Positions 50,138 to 63,955 of a stretch of DNA of 64,000 nt are shown piece after piece; position 1 is the first letter of the stretch, and the number at the start of each line of letters is the position of its first letter. The DNA is taken from assembly GCA_963514005.1 (NCBI GenBank), contig OY740814.1:12152001-12216000 (forward strand). Direction: 5' to 3'. The DNA is from Raja brachyura. Lineage: Eukaryota. A program made the translations under genes and the position numbers. Below the pieces are notes generated by a model. The model was not told where the DNA came from. It ran no database searches and saw nothing but the letters and a program-made list of their open reading frames with translations.

Positions 50138-53100
50138 GAAATCTAAAAAGAACTTTGTTAAATTCTTTAATGACTATCTCCATTAATCGACGGGGTTCGT
50201 ACTTTGATTAAATGCTGTGGCTTCTGGACCTTAAAAGAGTTTAATCAGCGTGGGAGCCTGTCTAATGATGGACAAACAGACACCGGTTTGGGTAACTGCC
50301 AGAGCCTGTTGGATGGAGCATTGGTCTGAGTAAGTGTGTGCTTCACATTTGCATTTTATGTTAGCTATTGTTTTTCACGTCAATATGTTAAATGCCTTTA
50401 CTTGGTTATTCTTGTGTTGCATCTGCGAAAAGCCCTAGAGAAATTCATCTGCAGCTGGCAGAAAAATGGATCTGTCGCCAACAAACGGACTTTTATTAGG
50501 GGATGAATAGATTTTTAGTTCGAGTCCAAAAATAGAAGTGACCAGCAGGAGCCACTCCAAACCCGAAGAAACAAAGTGAAGTGGCAATCTATAAATATAA
50601 ACAAAGGCACTTCTATACTCTTGTGAAAACCGGGAACCCATTCAGATTGGCGCACAAAAAGCTTCACTTATTATGTGGTTAAGGCAGAAGCAGGTTATTC
50701 TAAATGAACAATAAATTTACACGAAGCATTGGCTGGCTTACAGGGTATCACAACTGAGCTTTCTGCATTAAAGTTAAATAGCAATGCGTAGCTAGATGCG
50801 CCACCGCATGCTGACACCTCATCAATCAATGCATAAGCTTCGGTTGAAGATTATATATTTTCCTGTTTAAATATGAAATAAGTGGATCAGTTTTCCAAAA
50901 ACGATTCCTTATTGGAATTTCAGATTGTACAGAAGGCTAAATTGTTAATGGACTCTAAATTAGCCGGCAGAACGTAGGCACTGACTAATTACATGAAAGA
51001 TGTTAAGGCTGTCCATTGCCCGCTTTGAACACATTTAGATGGTTTAAAATATACAAGGAGCATACATTATTCACAACTTCCATTGGATCACATAAATTGG
51101 GAATGAGAGAGAATGCTATTAAAAAGCATTTAATTACCGAGCTGAAAGGGCAAATATATCACTCTGTGTGAGATTTAGTTTCCCACACCAGGAGATCACA
51201 GCGTCTGTAATCTCCACGGCTACAACTGGGTCTACTGATGAAGAAAAAGGAAAGATCATCCAGGATTGCAGTTACAGGAGAATGAGGAATAGACCGTGCA
51301 GTCTGTTGATCCCTCTCTGGCATTCCAGCAGATCATGGCTGGGCCTTTGCTCAACTCCATGACTCGGTGCTGAGTGTATTGGGGCTGGGAACTTCATAAA
51401 TTCACAACCCTTTGCATAAAAATAATTCTTCTATTCTCAGTTCTAAATGTTTGATATCTATTTCTGATGATTTTCTAGAAAGGAACTGCAGATGCTGGTT
51501 TAAACCGAAGCCCATTCCTTCTCTCCAGAGATGCTGCTTGTACCACTGAGTTACTCCAACATTTTGTGTCTATCCCGGATGTTATGCTACTTTGGTTTAA
51601 TCTTCCTGTTTTTATCCTAGTCCCCGATCTCTGTTTTTGTGCCTATAGAATAAACTACATCTCAGCTCAGATTGTATCCCTTTAGACGCCCAGAGCTCTG
51701 ACTGGTCCAGTCGTACGGAAACTATTTGATGAGGAATTCAGAAGGTAAATGAACACCTGCAGTAGTACCTTGGTTGAGGGAGAACAGTTCAGGAATGCAA
51801 AGGATTGATCAGTGAAATGCCACCATTGACGTCAACAATAAAAATAAAGTCCATCGTTTTGAAATTGTTATCATTAAGAATGAGTAACAATAGACAATAG
51901 GTGCAGGAGGAGGCCATTTGGCCCTTCAAGCCAGCACCGCCTTTCAATGTGATCATGGCTGATCATAACACAGGACTATGTTGTCATTCGAACAATTTAC
52001 ATTAATGACATATTGTTTTTTTTGCATCCTTTCCAAATCGTGCTGGTCCACAGAGTTATTTAATTTCAAGGCTGAGAAGGGAATTGAAGGCATATTTTTA
52101 AATATCTTAAAACCGATCTGCAGCTAAAATCTTTGCCTTCAACTCAAACACACATTTTCAAACCCAAGCAAAATATCTCTCCAAATATCTTCATTCTAGT
52201 AACTAGAAAATAAAACCGTCATTTCAGAAAGGGTTTTCTTGAGTTGGAGGGACGCACATAGATCCTCATTTATGAGGAAAGATTACCTTGTCCACAGGTA
52301 TTGTAGAATAATAACATATCAAAATAAATGTATAAACCCCAAGCGCAGGGTTCCGTGCAGGATTAAAACGATGACCACTCAAGAGTTATAGAAACAAACA
52401 AAACTGCAGATGCAGGAATCAATAACAGAAAATGCTGGAAGAACCCAGCCAATCGAGCAGGGGCTGTGGCAAGACAAAACAGTTAATGTTTCAGATCAAT
52501 TACCCTTCCTTAGAACTGAGAAAGGGTCACCGACCAGATATATTAACTGGGTGAGTTCTTTCACACCACTGTTTCTGCTTCAAGAATTATTCATTGGATG
52601 TGAAAAACTTTGGGACACTCTGAAATCATTTGAATAATAATATAAGTGTAACTTGTTTCTCAAAATTAGGAAGGATTGTGTTGCTGCAAGAAGAAGAAGC
52701 AGGCGGTGGCTGTACTGAATGTATCGGGAGGAACTGAGGAAGGGTCTCGACCCAAAACGTCATTCATTCCTTCTCTCCAGAGATGCTGCCTGTCCCGCTG
52801 AGTTACTCCAGCATATTGTGTCCATGCTGGATTTATCATGCATTCCAAACCTAGCCACTAGAGATGACACCTTAGGTCAGTAGTGGGACCAGTCCTCAGA
52901 AAGCAGTCAGAAGCTGATGGGTTCAGATCCTGGACACAACCTCTTTTCTTTACTGTGCAGTACAGTACTTTGAGAGTTCTTTCAGAGTTACTCTCCCTTC
53001 AGTGTGATGTCAAATCAAGATTGTTTTGACCCTCTTGTATCCTATAATACTGTTAAGGAGGGAGCAGCAAACTGGCTGATAATTATCCCTTGGCCATCAT

Positions 53101-54468
53101 CACTAAAAACTCATTATTTGGTCATTTTCTCATCAAGCATCCTTGCTGTGGATGTCATATTCCCTTTTTTTGAAACCATGACCACATTCCAAAGTCCTAG
53201 TGACTGTAAATTGCTTTGGGGGCCAGCTCTCAGCCCATGAAATGCAAATATTGTTTTTCCTTATGAACTTTCAGTCAGCTTAAGAAATGTCCATCAGTGT
53301 GACTACATGTTAACACATCACAAATGAAAACATTCATTCAGAAAGGACTCGAGAAGAACAATTGGCACGTCTTAATATTTAAACAAGCAGGCTAAATGCT
53401 AGGCTTTAAGAAATCACAATCGTACATTGTCTTTAGAATATCCACCGTCATTACTTATCTGAGAGACGGAGGAAAAGTTTCAGAGACAGGTTATTAATTT
53501 TATTGCAGCAAAGTCCACTTCAGCAGCCATTGCTTGTTCTGTTGAAAAGGTTTTGAGGTGCCTCGTACAACTGAATCTGTTGGCATGGCTATTGTGTAAA
53601 TGGTTTCAGGCATTTCAAATGGATGGAGTTGGCAGGCATCCAACTATGTGAGTCATTAGTTTCATTAACATGAGCAACTGACAGTTTCCTCAGCAACAAT
53701 GTGCATTTATGTAATGCGGTCACCATAAAGACAACTTATCAAAACAATCCACAGCGACGCAATCTAAAGTGGACAGCGAGTCTTAAAAGGATGGTTGAAT
53801 AACTGCTTGGATAAATGGAGCACACAAAGGAGAAGGGAGCTCTTTACTTTGGAGATGACATTTCAGAATGCGGTGCCAGGCTTGCTGAAGGCACAACTGC
53901 CCATCGTGGGTGAGCTGGAGAGATGGACATTGTTTGAATGGGAGTGGGCAGCTGGTAAGAGATGAGAGAGACGAGGAGAATGAACTCACAAAGCCATTGT
54001 AACATGACGACTATTTGAAGTGGAGTGGGTAAGTAGTAGGTTGATGAGAATAAAGCTGATTTACAAGGAAGACCTGGACAGGATATGGGCATTAGTGTTC
54101 TGAATACTTAAAACATTTTGAGGATAGAGGATAAGAGTCTGGATGGGACAGCTTGAAATTGGTGTCCGGATGGAACAAAGTTACTTACGAAGAAGGAATT
54201 CAACTCAAATGTCTGGGTGGGGAAGAGGCAGACAATGTTATGAAGGTGGACATGGGCACTGTTTTTCTGCTGGTGGGAACAAGAGGTTGAAAGTGCAGAT
54301 TCACAGATTGCGAACTGTAGTTTGGTGCAAGAACAGTGCAGTACATCTTCCCTGGAGCAGCACACACAGTGTACACAACATCTACACAGTGTATTCCCTC
54401 ATGCAGTACACATTCCCCGGGGCAGTACACACAGTGCGTTCACTGGGCCAGTGTACATGGTTGCTGCC

Positions 54469-54731
54469 ATGGAGGGAGGGACAGGTTGCAACGAGTGGGG
54501 CAGAGATCCACAATTTACAGGGAGAGGTACAGAAGTGCTCGTCAGGGAGATACATCCCACTAGCAAGATCCTGCAGGGGTGGACAGGGACAGGGGCAGAG
54601 GGAGCACCAGGAAACCTCCCAGGCCACCATAAGATGAACATTGTAGAAGAGTCCAGTTGTCTCCTCCAGGAAGGAGAAGAACAACTCAGCAAATAAAATA
54701 TTACACGAAACATTACGACCTCGCAAAAAGG
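54469..54731 (+). pseudogene. Decayed Myb/SANT-like ORF of a Harbinger element
   Basis: GCCATGG start; RDPQFTGRGTEVLVREIHPTSKILQG, then frameshifted RRTTQQIK..KHYDL, then a gtgag donor. Confidence 0.5.
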
Positions 54732-55273
54732 TGAGCTGCAGATAATTAAAATTATTCCTGTCTTGTGTATTTAATCAGCTTCACTGTGTATCAGGTCCTT
54801 GGCTGGTGGAGGATGGTGATGATGGAGCCAGTCCGCCTGTGTGCAATATCCTCTGGAGTCCAGCACTTCAGGTGATCCCACCTCTGGGGATGTACCAGAC
54901 AAATGGTGATCGAAGCCTGAGTGCTCAACAAAGCAGGCGAATGAAGAGGCTCATTTCACACTGGCAACCTCTGAGTGACTTGTTACATCCCTGAAGATTC
55001 ATCCTCCAGCCAGGATCACGTGGTTTGTCAGTGCTCAGCGGCTTCATACACTATGGAAGGTTTTGCACAAATCTCTTCTTCCCTGAGGAGGTCCAGTGGC
55101 CTTCAACAAATGATAAGAGGAAGAGGTCAAATGATGACCAGGAGACTCCAGTCACACATCTCATGTTGTCTGGCATTAGGGTTTGAGACAGAAATGCCAT
55201 TTGACAGTGGTGAGGTTGACTCAATAAATCGCCTTAGCATAAACCCCTGCTTACCACAAATGTCCCAGATATA

Positions 55274-55377
55274 CTGAAGTCGGTAGAAGGGTCTCGATCC
55301 AAAATGTCTCCTATTCCCTTTCTTCAGAGGCGCTGTCTAACCCATTGAGTTACTCCAGCTTTTTGTGTCTATCTTCT
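55274..55377 (+). mobile_element. Penelope-derived short element, decayed
   Basis: Duplication TGTCCCAGA(T/C)ATA at 55261-55273 and 55378-55390. Confidence 0.7.
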
Positions 55378-55904
55378 TGTCCCAGACATAGCTAGTTGGA
55401 TAACTACCATCAGTGGTTATCCGTCTCCTGTTTCTAAGTCGGAAGAACCGAAAATGTTCCAAATTTAAAGTAAAAAAGAAATTGCTGGAAATACTCAGCA
55501 GGTCAGTCGTGATTTCACCCTTGCAGGAACCCCCCCCCCCCCCTCAATCTCTGCTTGTCCTAGTCTAACAAACTTCTCTTATCCTTTTCCCAGTTATGAC
55601 GACTGGCCTGGTCTTTCAACTGAGACATTGACACTGTTTCTATTGCCACAGATGCAGACTGACCTGCTGGGTATTTCATGCATTTTCTGCTTTTTTAACC
55701 CTAAACTGCTGTCTGAAATGGAAAAATAAAAAAATCTGGTATATTCACCCTGAACATAATTTAAGCAATTAATGATTTACCGGCACACACACGTCCACAC
55801 ACAGCATAAATGTATCCAAACATCCCACCCTCTCAAACTGCAATCCCCCATGCTCAACCACCATTGACTGCCCAAACCCAAACCCTCCACTTTCCATATT
55901 ATTC

Positions 55905-57180
55905 ACATAGAGTCTTAAGGTTGTACAGCACAGATAAGGGCCCTTTGCCCCACGATGTCCATCATGCCCTTTTTGCCCCTCTGCAAAAATTCCTATCGCC
56001 TGTATTAGGTCTGTTTCTCTCTATGCCTTGACTATTTGAATGTCTAAATCCATCATAAACATATTATTGCATTTGACTCCATCACCCATTTTCAGGGAAC
56101 TTGAACCGTGTGTTGCAGTGTTCATCAATATTCCATGGTGCCCTCCCATTTACTATTGTCCTACTCCTATTTGACTTCCTAAAACATATCACCTTGCACT
56201 TGTCAGGATTAAATTCCATCCCCAGTGCTGATCTATGTGCTGCTGTAGCCTTAGACAGCTTTCCTCACAATCCACAACACCACGAGCGTTCGAGTTATCC
56301 ACCAACTTATTAATCATACTTCCTACATTCATATCTCAGTCATTAAAATACATCACAAACAACAAAGGTCCCAGCATGGATTATTGTAGTACACCAGTGA
56401 TATCAGACTTCAAGTCAGAGAAGAATCCTGCCACCACAACCCCCTGCCTCTTATAGTCATAGAGCCAGGTTCCTTGGCCCAACTCATCCTTGCTGACCAA
56501 GATGTCCCATCCAAACTAGATCCATTTGCCCACATTTGGATGGTATATATATAAAACTTACCTATCCATGCACCTATCCAGAAGTCTTTAAAATGCTATT
56601 AATGTACCTGCCTCAACCATCTTCTGGCAGCTCATTCTGTATACGTATATCCACCTCTCTCTCTGAAAAAGCTGTTGTTGACTATTGGCTATTTGGGGAC
56701 CACTAGTACATTCCCAACAAGGTGATCATCCCCTTTTTAATTTTTAGCTCCAACCATACAGCAATGGATGATTATTCGGTAATGTTATCTTGGACTACTG
56801 TTGTGATGTTCTCCTTAATCAATGAAGCAACACCTCATTTCTTTCTGCTGCCTCTGTCTCACCTGTAACATCTGTACCCGGGAACATTAAGCTGCCAGCC
56901 CCGTCCCTCTCATGCTCATTAATGTCCCAGTCCCACATATTTATCGAGGCCTTGAGTCTATCCGCCTCACCTATCCCGTCTACAGAACTTGTTGCCATTG
57001 GCTTCTCAATCAACTTTGAGCCTCCCATTTGCCTCACTATTGCTTTGGATCTTGTTCCCCTGTCCCCCTGTCGATCTAGTTTAAACCCTCCCTAGTAGCA
57101 CGTTATGGTTTTGGTTCCCCTTCAGTTCAAATGCAACCTCTAGTAGAGCTTACTTCTGCCCCAGATGAGATCCTGATGAC
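55905..57180 (-). mobile_element. Cluster of decayed CR1 fragments
   Basis: CR1 tails, RT-region remnant and endonuclease-start remnant (IDVPGYRCYR.DR-like). Confidence 0.65.
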
Positions 57181-58439
57181 CCAAGAGCCAATTCTGTATC
57201 TTTGTGTTGTTTGACACTAAATCTGGAGTAAATCCGTGGATCAGGCAGCATCTCTGGAGAAATTGGATAGGTGTGGTTTTGGGTCAGGATCCTTTTTCAG
57301 ATTTATTATTGGTCTACAGTGAACATGTCCCGCAAATATAGAGTAAGGCAATAGCATGATACACCTTCATCTTGAACTTTAGGCTGATTCCTCTTCATTC
57401 CTGTACTTCTCAGTCTTCCAGAGTTGGCTTTTGCTATCCTGTTGTTGTTTTCGTCATCAGTGTTGACTGATCTTCAGTGAGTGCTGCTGGGATATGTGAA
57501 CGTGTCCACTACTGAAATCCTCTGCCTATTCACAGGGATGTTTGGTTCAGTGTGTGGGGTGTTTGGTGCAAGTTGTTGCATAATATGAGACTATATTGAT
57601 TGTTCCGTGGTGTTTATCTTTAAATGATCAATTAGTACAATGGCTTAATCTGAAACACAACTGGAGTTTGTTCATCAGGAATGAGTGTGAACGTCATTAT
57701 TTTGAAAATGTATCCCCTCCATGCATTTCCCTATCCACTGCATGACAATTTGATCAATATATTGTGACATCCATTACTCCTTAATTCACCAATGGTTAAA
57801 ATGATGAAAATTTGCCAACAATGCTCAGACAAAAACCATTTTGTGGAGAGGCCAGAGTGCTTTAAGTGAAGTGGCCTTCATCAGGAAACTCGAGAATTTG
57901 TGCAGGAAGTTATTTAAGTAATGCGAATATAAATTAATTTAGCACTCTGGCAGATACAATAGTGGTGAACTTGCCAAGTAGCATGCAAAGGGAAAATTAT
58001 CTGTCATCTGGGCTCTCTTAGCTCTCCACTAGTGTAACATGGTGATGGTGAATGCCATGCGTATCGATGACAATGGATTTAGGAGAAGTGTCTCCACAAG
58101 ATTCTTAATTAGTACGGGTGTCAGAGGTTATGGGGAGAAGGCAGGAGAATGGGGTTGAGAGGGAAAGATAGATCAGCCATGATTGAATGGCGGAGTCGAC
58201 TTGATGGGCCAAATGGCCTAATTCTATTCCTATTCCTTATGACATTGGTTTATTGCCTGCCCTTTTCTCAGCTAAAGCATGAAGCTTCCTTGTCTCTCTG
58301 CTCGTTTTCCGCCACTGTGTCCAAGCCCCTTCTGTCACCAGATTAGGCAACAGGATATCGAAGCCTTTGCACCTGTTGGCTCCTGGACTGATGAAGACCT
58401 CAGGATCTCTCTTTCAGGAGACCAGTAGCAATCTCCATT

Positions 58440-58710
58440 ATTACCCTGGTACACACCTGGCCAGAATTGTCAGTGCACTGAGAAATATGGCTGAGATCAG
58501 TGGTGACCACCTGGAATGAACTCGTGGACAGGAAATCTAGTTACAGTGACCTTTACCTGAAGGTGCCCTTCTGCAGGCAGGAGAGCATGACCGAAGGTCA
58601 TCGGCAGGACTTCATCCATCTCTGTCATTGCGGCCTTTGAGCCTGTGAATACATTGCTCATCAGGGAGGTTCAGGTGCAATGTGGTGCCCCTGCAGGCTC
58701 TCTGTTCGTG
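58440..58710 (-). pseudogene. Decayed Harbinger (HARBI1-like) transposase N-terminal region
   Basis: Frameshifted pieces LHLNLPDEQCIHRLK / KAAMTEMDEVL / LQVKVTV / LDFLSTSSFQVVTTDLSHISQ, in the order of the Harbinger SEEQC.RRLR...VKV..AL.F.ASGSFQ...GD..GISQ motifs. Confidence 0.65.
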
Positions 58711-59018
58711 TGATCTTACAGATGTATATTTCTGTGCCTACTGCACTTGGACCCAGAACCTCCATCTGTCACCTGCCCTACTTATCCTGGAGCCTCCCGT
58801 AATGAACTGCTGTCATTTACATTGCTGTCTGGGATACGATTTGAAAGAGTACGCAGCAGCTAAGGAGTGCCACAAACATTTGTTGGTGATTTCAGCATTC
58901 TAGACTTTAAAAGGTGCTTCAGGAATTTGTCGTCGGTTCAAAACCACCCATGTGACATCTCCCAAAGTATGGAAATCAAGAACCTCGCTCCGAGTTCTCC
59001 TGAGACTGTTAGACAATG

Positions 59019-59316
59019 GTTTAGTTTAGTTTAGAGATGCAGCGCAGAAACAGGCCTTTCACAGACCAGCAATCCCTGCACATTAACATCTTCCTACACA
59101 CACTAGGGACAATTTACACTTCTACCAAGCCAATTGACCTACAAACCTGTACGTCTTCAGAGTGTGGGAGGAAACCAAAGATCTTGGAGAAAACCCACGC
59201 GGTCACGGGGAGAACGTACAAACTGCGTATAGACAGCACCCGTAGTTAGGATCGAACCCGGGTCTCCGGCGCTGCAAGCGCAGTAACGCAGCAACACTAC
59301 TGCTGCGCCACCGTGC
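59019..59316 (-). mobile_element. HE1-like V-SINE
   Basis: (TTTAG)n tail, V-domain, B box. Confidence 0.88.
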
Positions 59317-60107
59317 CACCCGTAAGCAGGTCGTTGCTTGGATTTATGCAGATGTGGGCTGCCATTTACATTGTACAATTACTGATGTTTTTAGGAATGT
59401 GTCTGATGTGAGGAAAAACATCAGGCATGCTAACCTGGAATGGCCTGATCTAATTTTATAGTCAACATAATCTAATCCTGAAAAAGTGGCTAATGTGATT
59501 CACTTTAAAATATTTATGATCCAGTTGTGTTGAAACAAAGAGTGTTACAGTTTCAATTTCAGTGCAATGGTGCTAAATCGGATGCACAGCCTCATGGGTT
59601 CTTATGAGTTTGATAGAACTGACTCTCCATTGCAATTCCTCATTGCCGATGTTCTGGTGGGTTTTGTGCATATTGCTCTCTCTGCTCTGAAGGTTCTGGG
59701 TTCAAGCCCCACTTCAGGAACATCAACACAACCTGCGCCGAGTTTCTAATGCACCTATTTGCTCTCTGAGGTGTCATAAAATATTCAATGGCACAGTTTG
59801 GAAGAAATGTGGAGTGCTTTGCTGTGTTCGGGGTAACATTGATCCCTGAATCACTAAAACATATAGTTGGGTCATGATCACATTGCTGTCTGCAATTATT
59901 GGCTGGGTACAAAGTTGCGGCCTGTGTTTTCTACAACAATGACCACAGTCGTTTGTTGCCTGCAGAATATTCTGTAATTCCATGTAAGTTGGGGCCTTTT
60001 TTATATATTTTTTACTCTGCATGGTTAGAATAGCAACACGAACTATCTCATACAATGCAGGAAAAAATAGCATTACTGTACCTATGTCAAATGGGAGGAT
60101 TTGCCAT

Positions 60108-60373
60108 TGAGATACAATGTGGAAACAGGCCCCTCGGCCCACTGAGTCCGGGCCAACCAACAATCACCCTGTACACTAGTTCTACCCTATAGTCTACGGA
60201 CATTTTACAGAGGCCAATTAACCTCCAAATCTGCACGAATGTGGGTGGTAACTGGAGCACCCAGAGAAAGCTCACAGGGTCACAGAGGGAACCTGTAAAC
60301 ACCGTACAGACAGCACCCATAGGCAGGATCAAACCTGGGTCTCTGTTGCTGTAAGGCAGCAACTCTTTCACTG
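60108..60373 (-). mobile_element. HE1-like V-SINE, older copy
   Basis: Diverged match to the same family. Confidence 0.75.
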
Positions 60374-62367
60374 TTGGTTTAAATATAAGAGGAGAATAGT
60401 ATGGATGCAGAGAGAATGGGGGAAAAAAGGTGAATGGAAATTATGTGTAAAATCTCAAACCCAAGACAGTTTCTGTGGAAACAGGATCATCGCTCCACCA
60501 GAAGGCACATCAAATGGAAAACGCTCATGACGTGATCCGATGAACACCAGATATATTTTACACAGTGGATTGATGTAATGAATGAAATACCTGTTCCTCA
60601 ATCTCTTCAGCTGTAATAACCCTAAAATGGCTAAATCTAGTACAAGTGGACGAAGCATTTAAATGACGGCAATTATATATTTCCTGGGGCTCTTCAACCA
60701 ACTGCAGCTTCTGTCCCTGTATCTTCTGCAGATGTCCAAGCTACTCAATCACACGTTGACACTAAAATTACTTTTGATTGCGTTCATTTTTAAAAAGACG
60801 TGCAAAACTGAGGGGATGTCGTTAATTGAAACCTGTAATGTATTATGTAAAATAATTAACATTGACTTTCCAATCCCAGTGTTTAATAAAAGTAGATCAG
60901 TCAAACTATACAAACATGGCAAAACTGATTTGTAACTTTAAAGATGTTAAATATTTTCTTCAATGTAAGAAATTTATATTTTGAATACTGTGGCCGCAAA
61001 ATATTGCAGGATGTTTAATATTATTTTTCACCGAATATAGGTTTTATATGAGATGTTAGAAAAGTAATTATATATCTTCAAATGTTAAGATTTCAGTTCT
61101 TTGAATGCAGCATCACTGCTGAAGACAGCTGTTTCCTTTGACTTTCTCACTTTCTCTGATTTAATTCAGTAGTAAACCGCATTCTATCCCCACTTGAGTG
61201 TAGACAATAAATGTACAATTCTGAAGTGAAGGGGGTGCCAGAACGTATTCAAAATAGAATAACATTTATTCTCCTTCAGCCACCTGCCTCTTGAAGGAGC
61301 CAGGAAGCAGCGCTGCGTATGGTCACTTAAGGGTACACATCAGTTGTAAAGCTTGAATGGGTTCTCTTTTAAATTGTGCCGGTTATTGTCCAGCTGCTGT
61401 ATGTTTTCATTGTTAATTATCAAATGTAAATTAAAAATCCTGAAACTTGTGCAGAGCGGTTTCTTACGTTTCCACTTTAATTGTCCAGTCAACTTTGAAG
61501 CAGCTCTGCTTGGTTGATTAAGTGGTGTGGCAGGCAGTGTAATTATAACCTGCGTCTGTGGAAACAGTTGCAATGGAATTTTTCTGTGGGCGGGCGTGAG
61601 GGCTTAGTGATGAGGGAATTAGTTCTGGTCACCAGGACAGCAAGACACCACTTAACTTATGCAGTAACAAAATTAAATTAAAAGAGTTTAAGTTTGACCT
61701 GGCTATTTTTAATCCGTTGTTTTCTTCAGTGTCACCAGAATTTCTGCTAAAACGGACATCTGATCCAGTAGAAAATTATAAAAAGTAGAAAATAATTAAC
61801 AAAGGCTTGATGCAGTAAGTTAACACACGGGCTTCTCACCTCTGTGACCTATGTACAGATCTAGCCTAGACTGAAATCACTAAAAGTCTTCTCCCTCTAC
61901 CAGCTGTGGGGCTGCTATCTGAAACAAATTTAACTCAACCCAACGTAGCAATCTAACTCTGAACGACAAAACAACATGCTGCTGAGGAATGACAACAATT
62001 TGTGATGACATATCAAAAGACAAGATGTCAAGAGTTGTTTTTTAAAATGTGCTATAGAAATAAAAGTGACTTGACTTGATATCAAATGATCCCTTTTTGA
62101 ATTTTGGATGGAGGCCCGTTGTTGAATCGGGGTAACTTGGAAGTTCCAAATAATGCTCTTGAAAGCCAAAGATAGAAACATGTCCATTCTTAAGTCACAA
62201 GATTTGTTGGACACAAGATTTTATTTACCTCGCTGATATATTTATATCAATTCCCTCTGATTATTCACCTTTGAAGTACTTTGGGTTGTTTTTAATGGTT
62301 AAGGATGCTACATAAATACAAGTTGTTGCTGTCTTTTGTGAGGCCGAATGTGGGTTGACATGACATG

Positions 62368-62406
62368 ATTATAGGATTGACATAAGTTTTATGTCAATCC
62401 TATAAT
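62368..62406. repeat. Perfect 18-bp inverted repeat, 3-nt loop
   Basis: ATTATAGGATTGACATAA-gtt-TTATGTCAATCCTATAAT. Confidence 0.95.
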
Positions 62407-63780
62407 GTACCAAAGCTGGGTGCCCATAAAAAGCTGTGCATTTAAAAGAATATTTAACCCAGCTCCAAAATCATGTTAGGAAACTTTACAGTCTACAAAC
62501 TTTATCTGATTTTGTTAAAATTTAACTGACGTCTTGGATTTCAGTATTATTCAATATGCCTCCAAGCACATCCTTCAGGGGATTTATTGGAATGCCAAAC
62601 GGTTGGCCAATTTGCTATGCCAATTGCACTTCTGTACTGCAATTAGGAGAACACGCTAGTTCTCACTAGTTTTTCGAAAAGATAAACTGGGCATATGCTA
62701 TGTATCCAATGGTTCCATAAATACAACCATGACATGCCGTGGCTGTCTATCTAAGCAACTAATGGAAAGTGGGCCACTGGTGGATAATAATGTGACAATT
62801 GGGTACCAGTGAGACTCTTCTTGAAACATTAATAACTTGCAAAATTGGACTTAAATTGAGAATTTGATTTGGAGAAGGAGGTGGTATTAACAGGAATTTC
62901 TGGCATTCAAGTCAGAAATTCCTGAATACAATCAGCGACCTGGCTGGTGTCAGAAGATGGTCACAGATAGGAGTCCAAATTCATTTTAACAGTGGTCTTG
63001 CTGTCTTTCGATTCCTATTATCCTCACAAAAATGCTATGATGTGACTGTACCATTCAAGCCAGAAAGAAAAGTTACATAGTAAGTCAAATCAATATTTTA
63101 TTGATTATATTTTATTTAGTATTGAATACGAAGTTCATTTGAATTTCAACATTTTGTGTTATGATTGCAATTTTCACTTGATCCAATTAATTATGTAACT
63201 ACCAAATACAACTATTATTGACAGTATCAATAATATGTCACGGGCTACAAGAGTTTCATTCTCCGTGGTTTTATAAGAAACCAATCCGAAAAAATGTTAT
63301 TTGAGCAAGTACTAAGATTAAAAAATGTTTAAATGCTAATATCATACATTTATTTTTATTTTAACTTAATTTTAAACAGACGTATTCTCCGCACTTAATA
63401 AATCCATTGGTGCAGCACAGTAAATAGCAAAAAACTACTAGAATGCTGAACCAGTCAAGACAAGCTCATGGACTTGCAGGCAGATTATTGACCTGCTTTG
63501 GAAGTTGACTTTATGCTGGTTGACAGGGAGGCAGGGATAATGGGAGTCCTCACATTGGCAGTATCTGACATAACCCAAGCATTCATTTTAGAGTGGAGGT
63601 GTATATAAATGATTTTGATTCTAGATATCTAAGACTGCCATGACATAAACATATGAGGCAAGTATAGACGAAAATATTAAATTTCAAAAATACATTAATT
63701 GATTAAGTGAATTATTGTGGCAAATGGATTTTAATAAAAGCCAATATGAAATCATTCACTCACTCATAAACAAAAGTGAA

Positions 63781-63955
63781 ATAATAAATATAATAAAAAT
63801 GTACTGCAGATGCTGGTTTAAAGCAAAGATAAACAGAAAATGCTAGAAAAACTCAGCAGATCAGGCAGCATCTCTGGAGAAAATGGATAGGTGACATTTT
63901 AGGTCAGGACTAAAGTCTGCAGAAGGGTTCTGGCCTGAAATGTTACCTATCCATA
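63781..63955. mobile_element. Penelope-derived fold-back element, decayed
   Basis: Inverted arms; duplication AAACAAAAGTGAA at 63768-63780 and 63956-63968. Confidence 0.7.
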
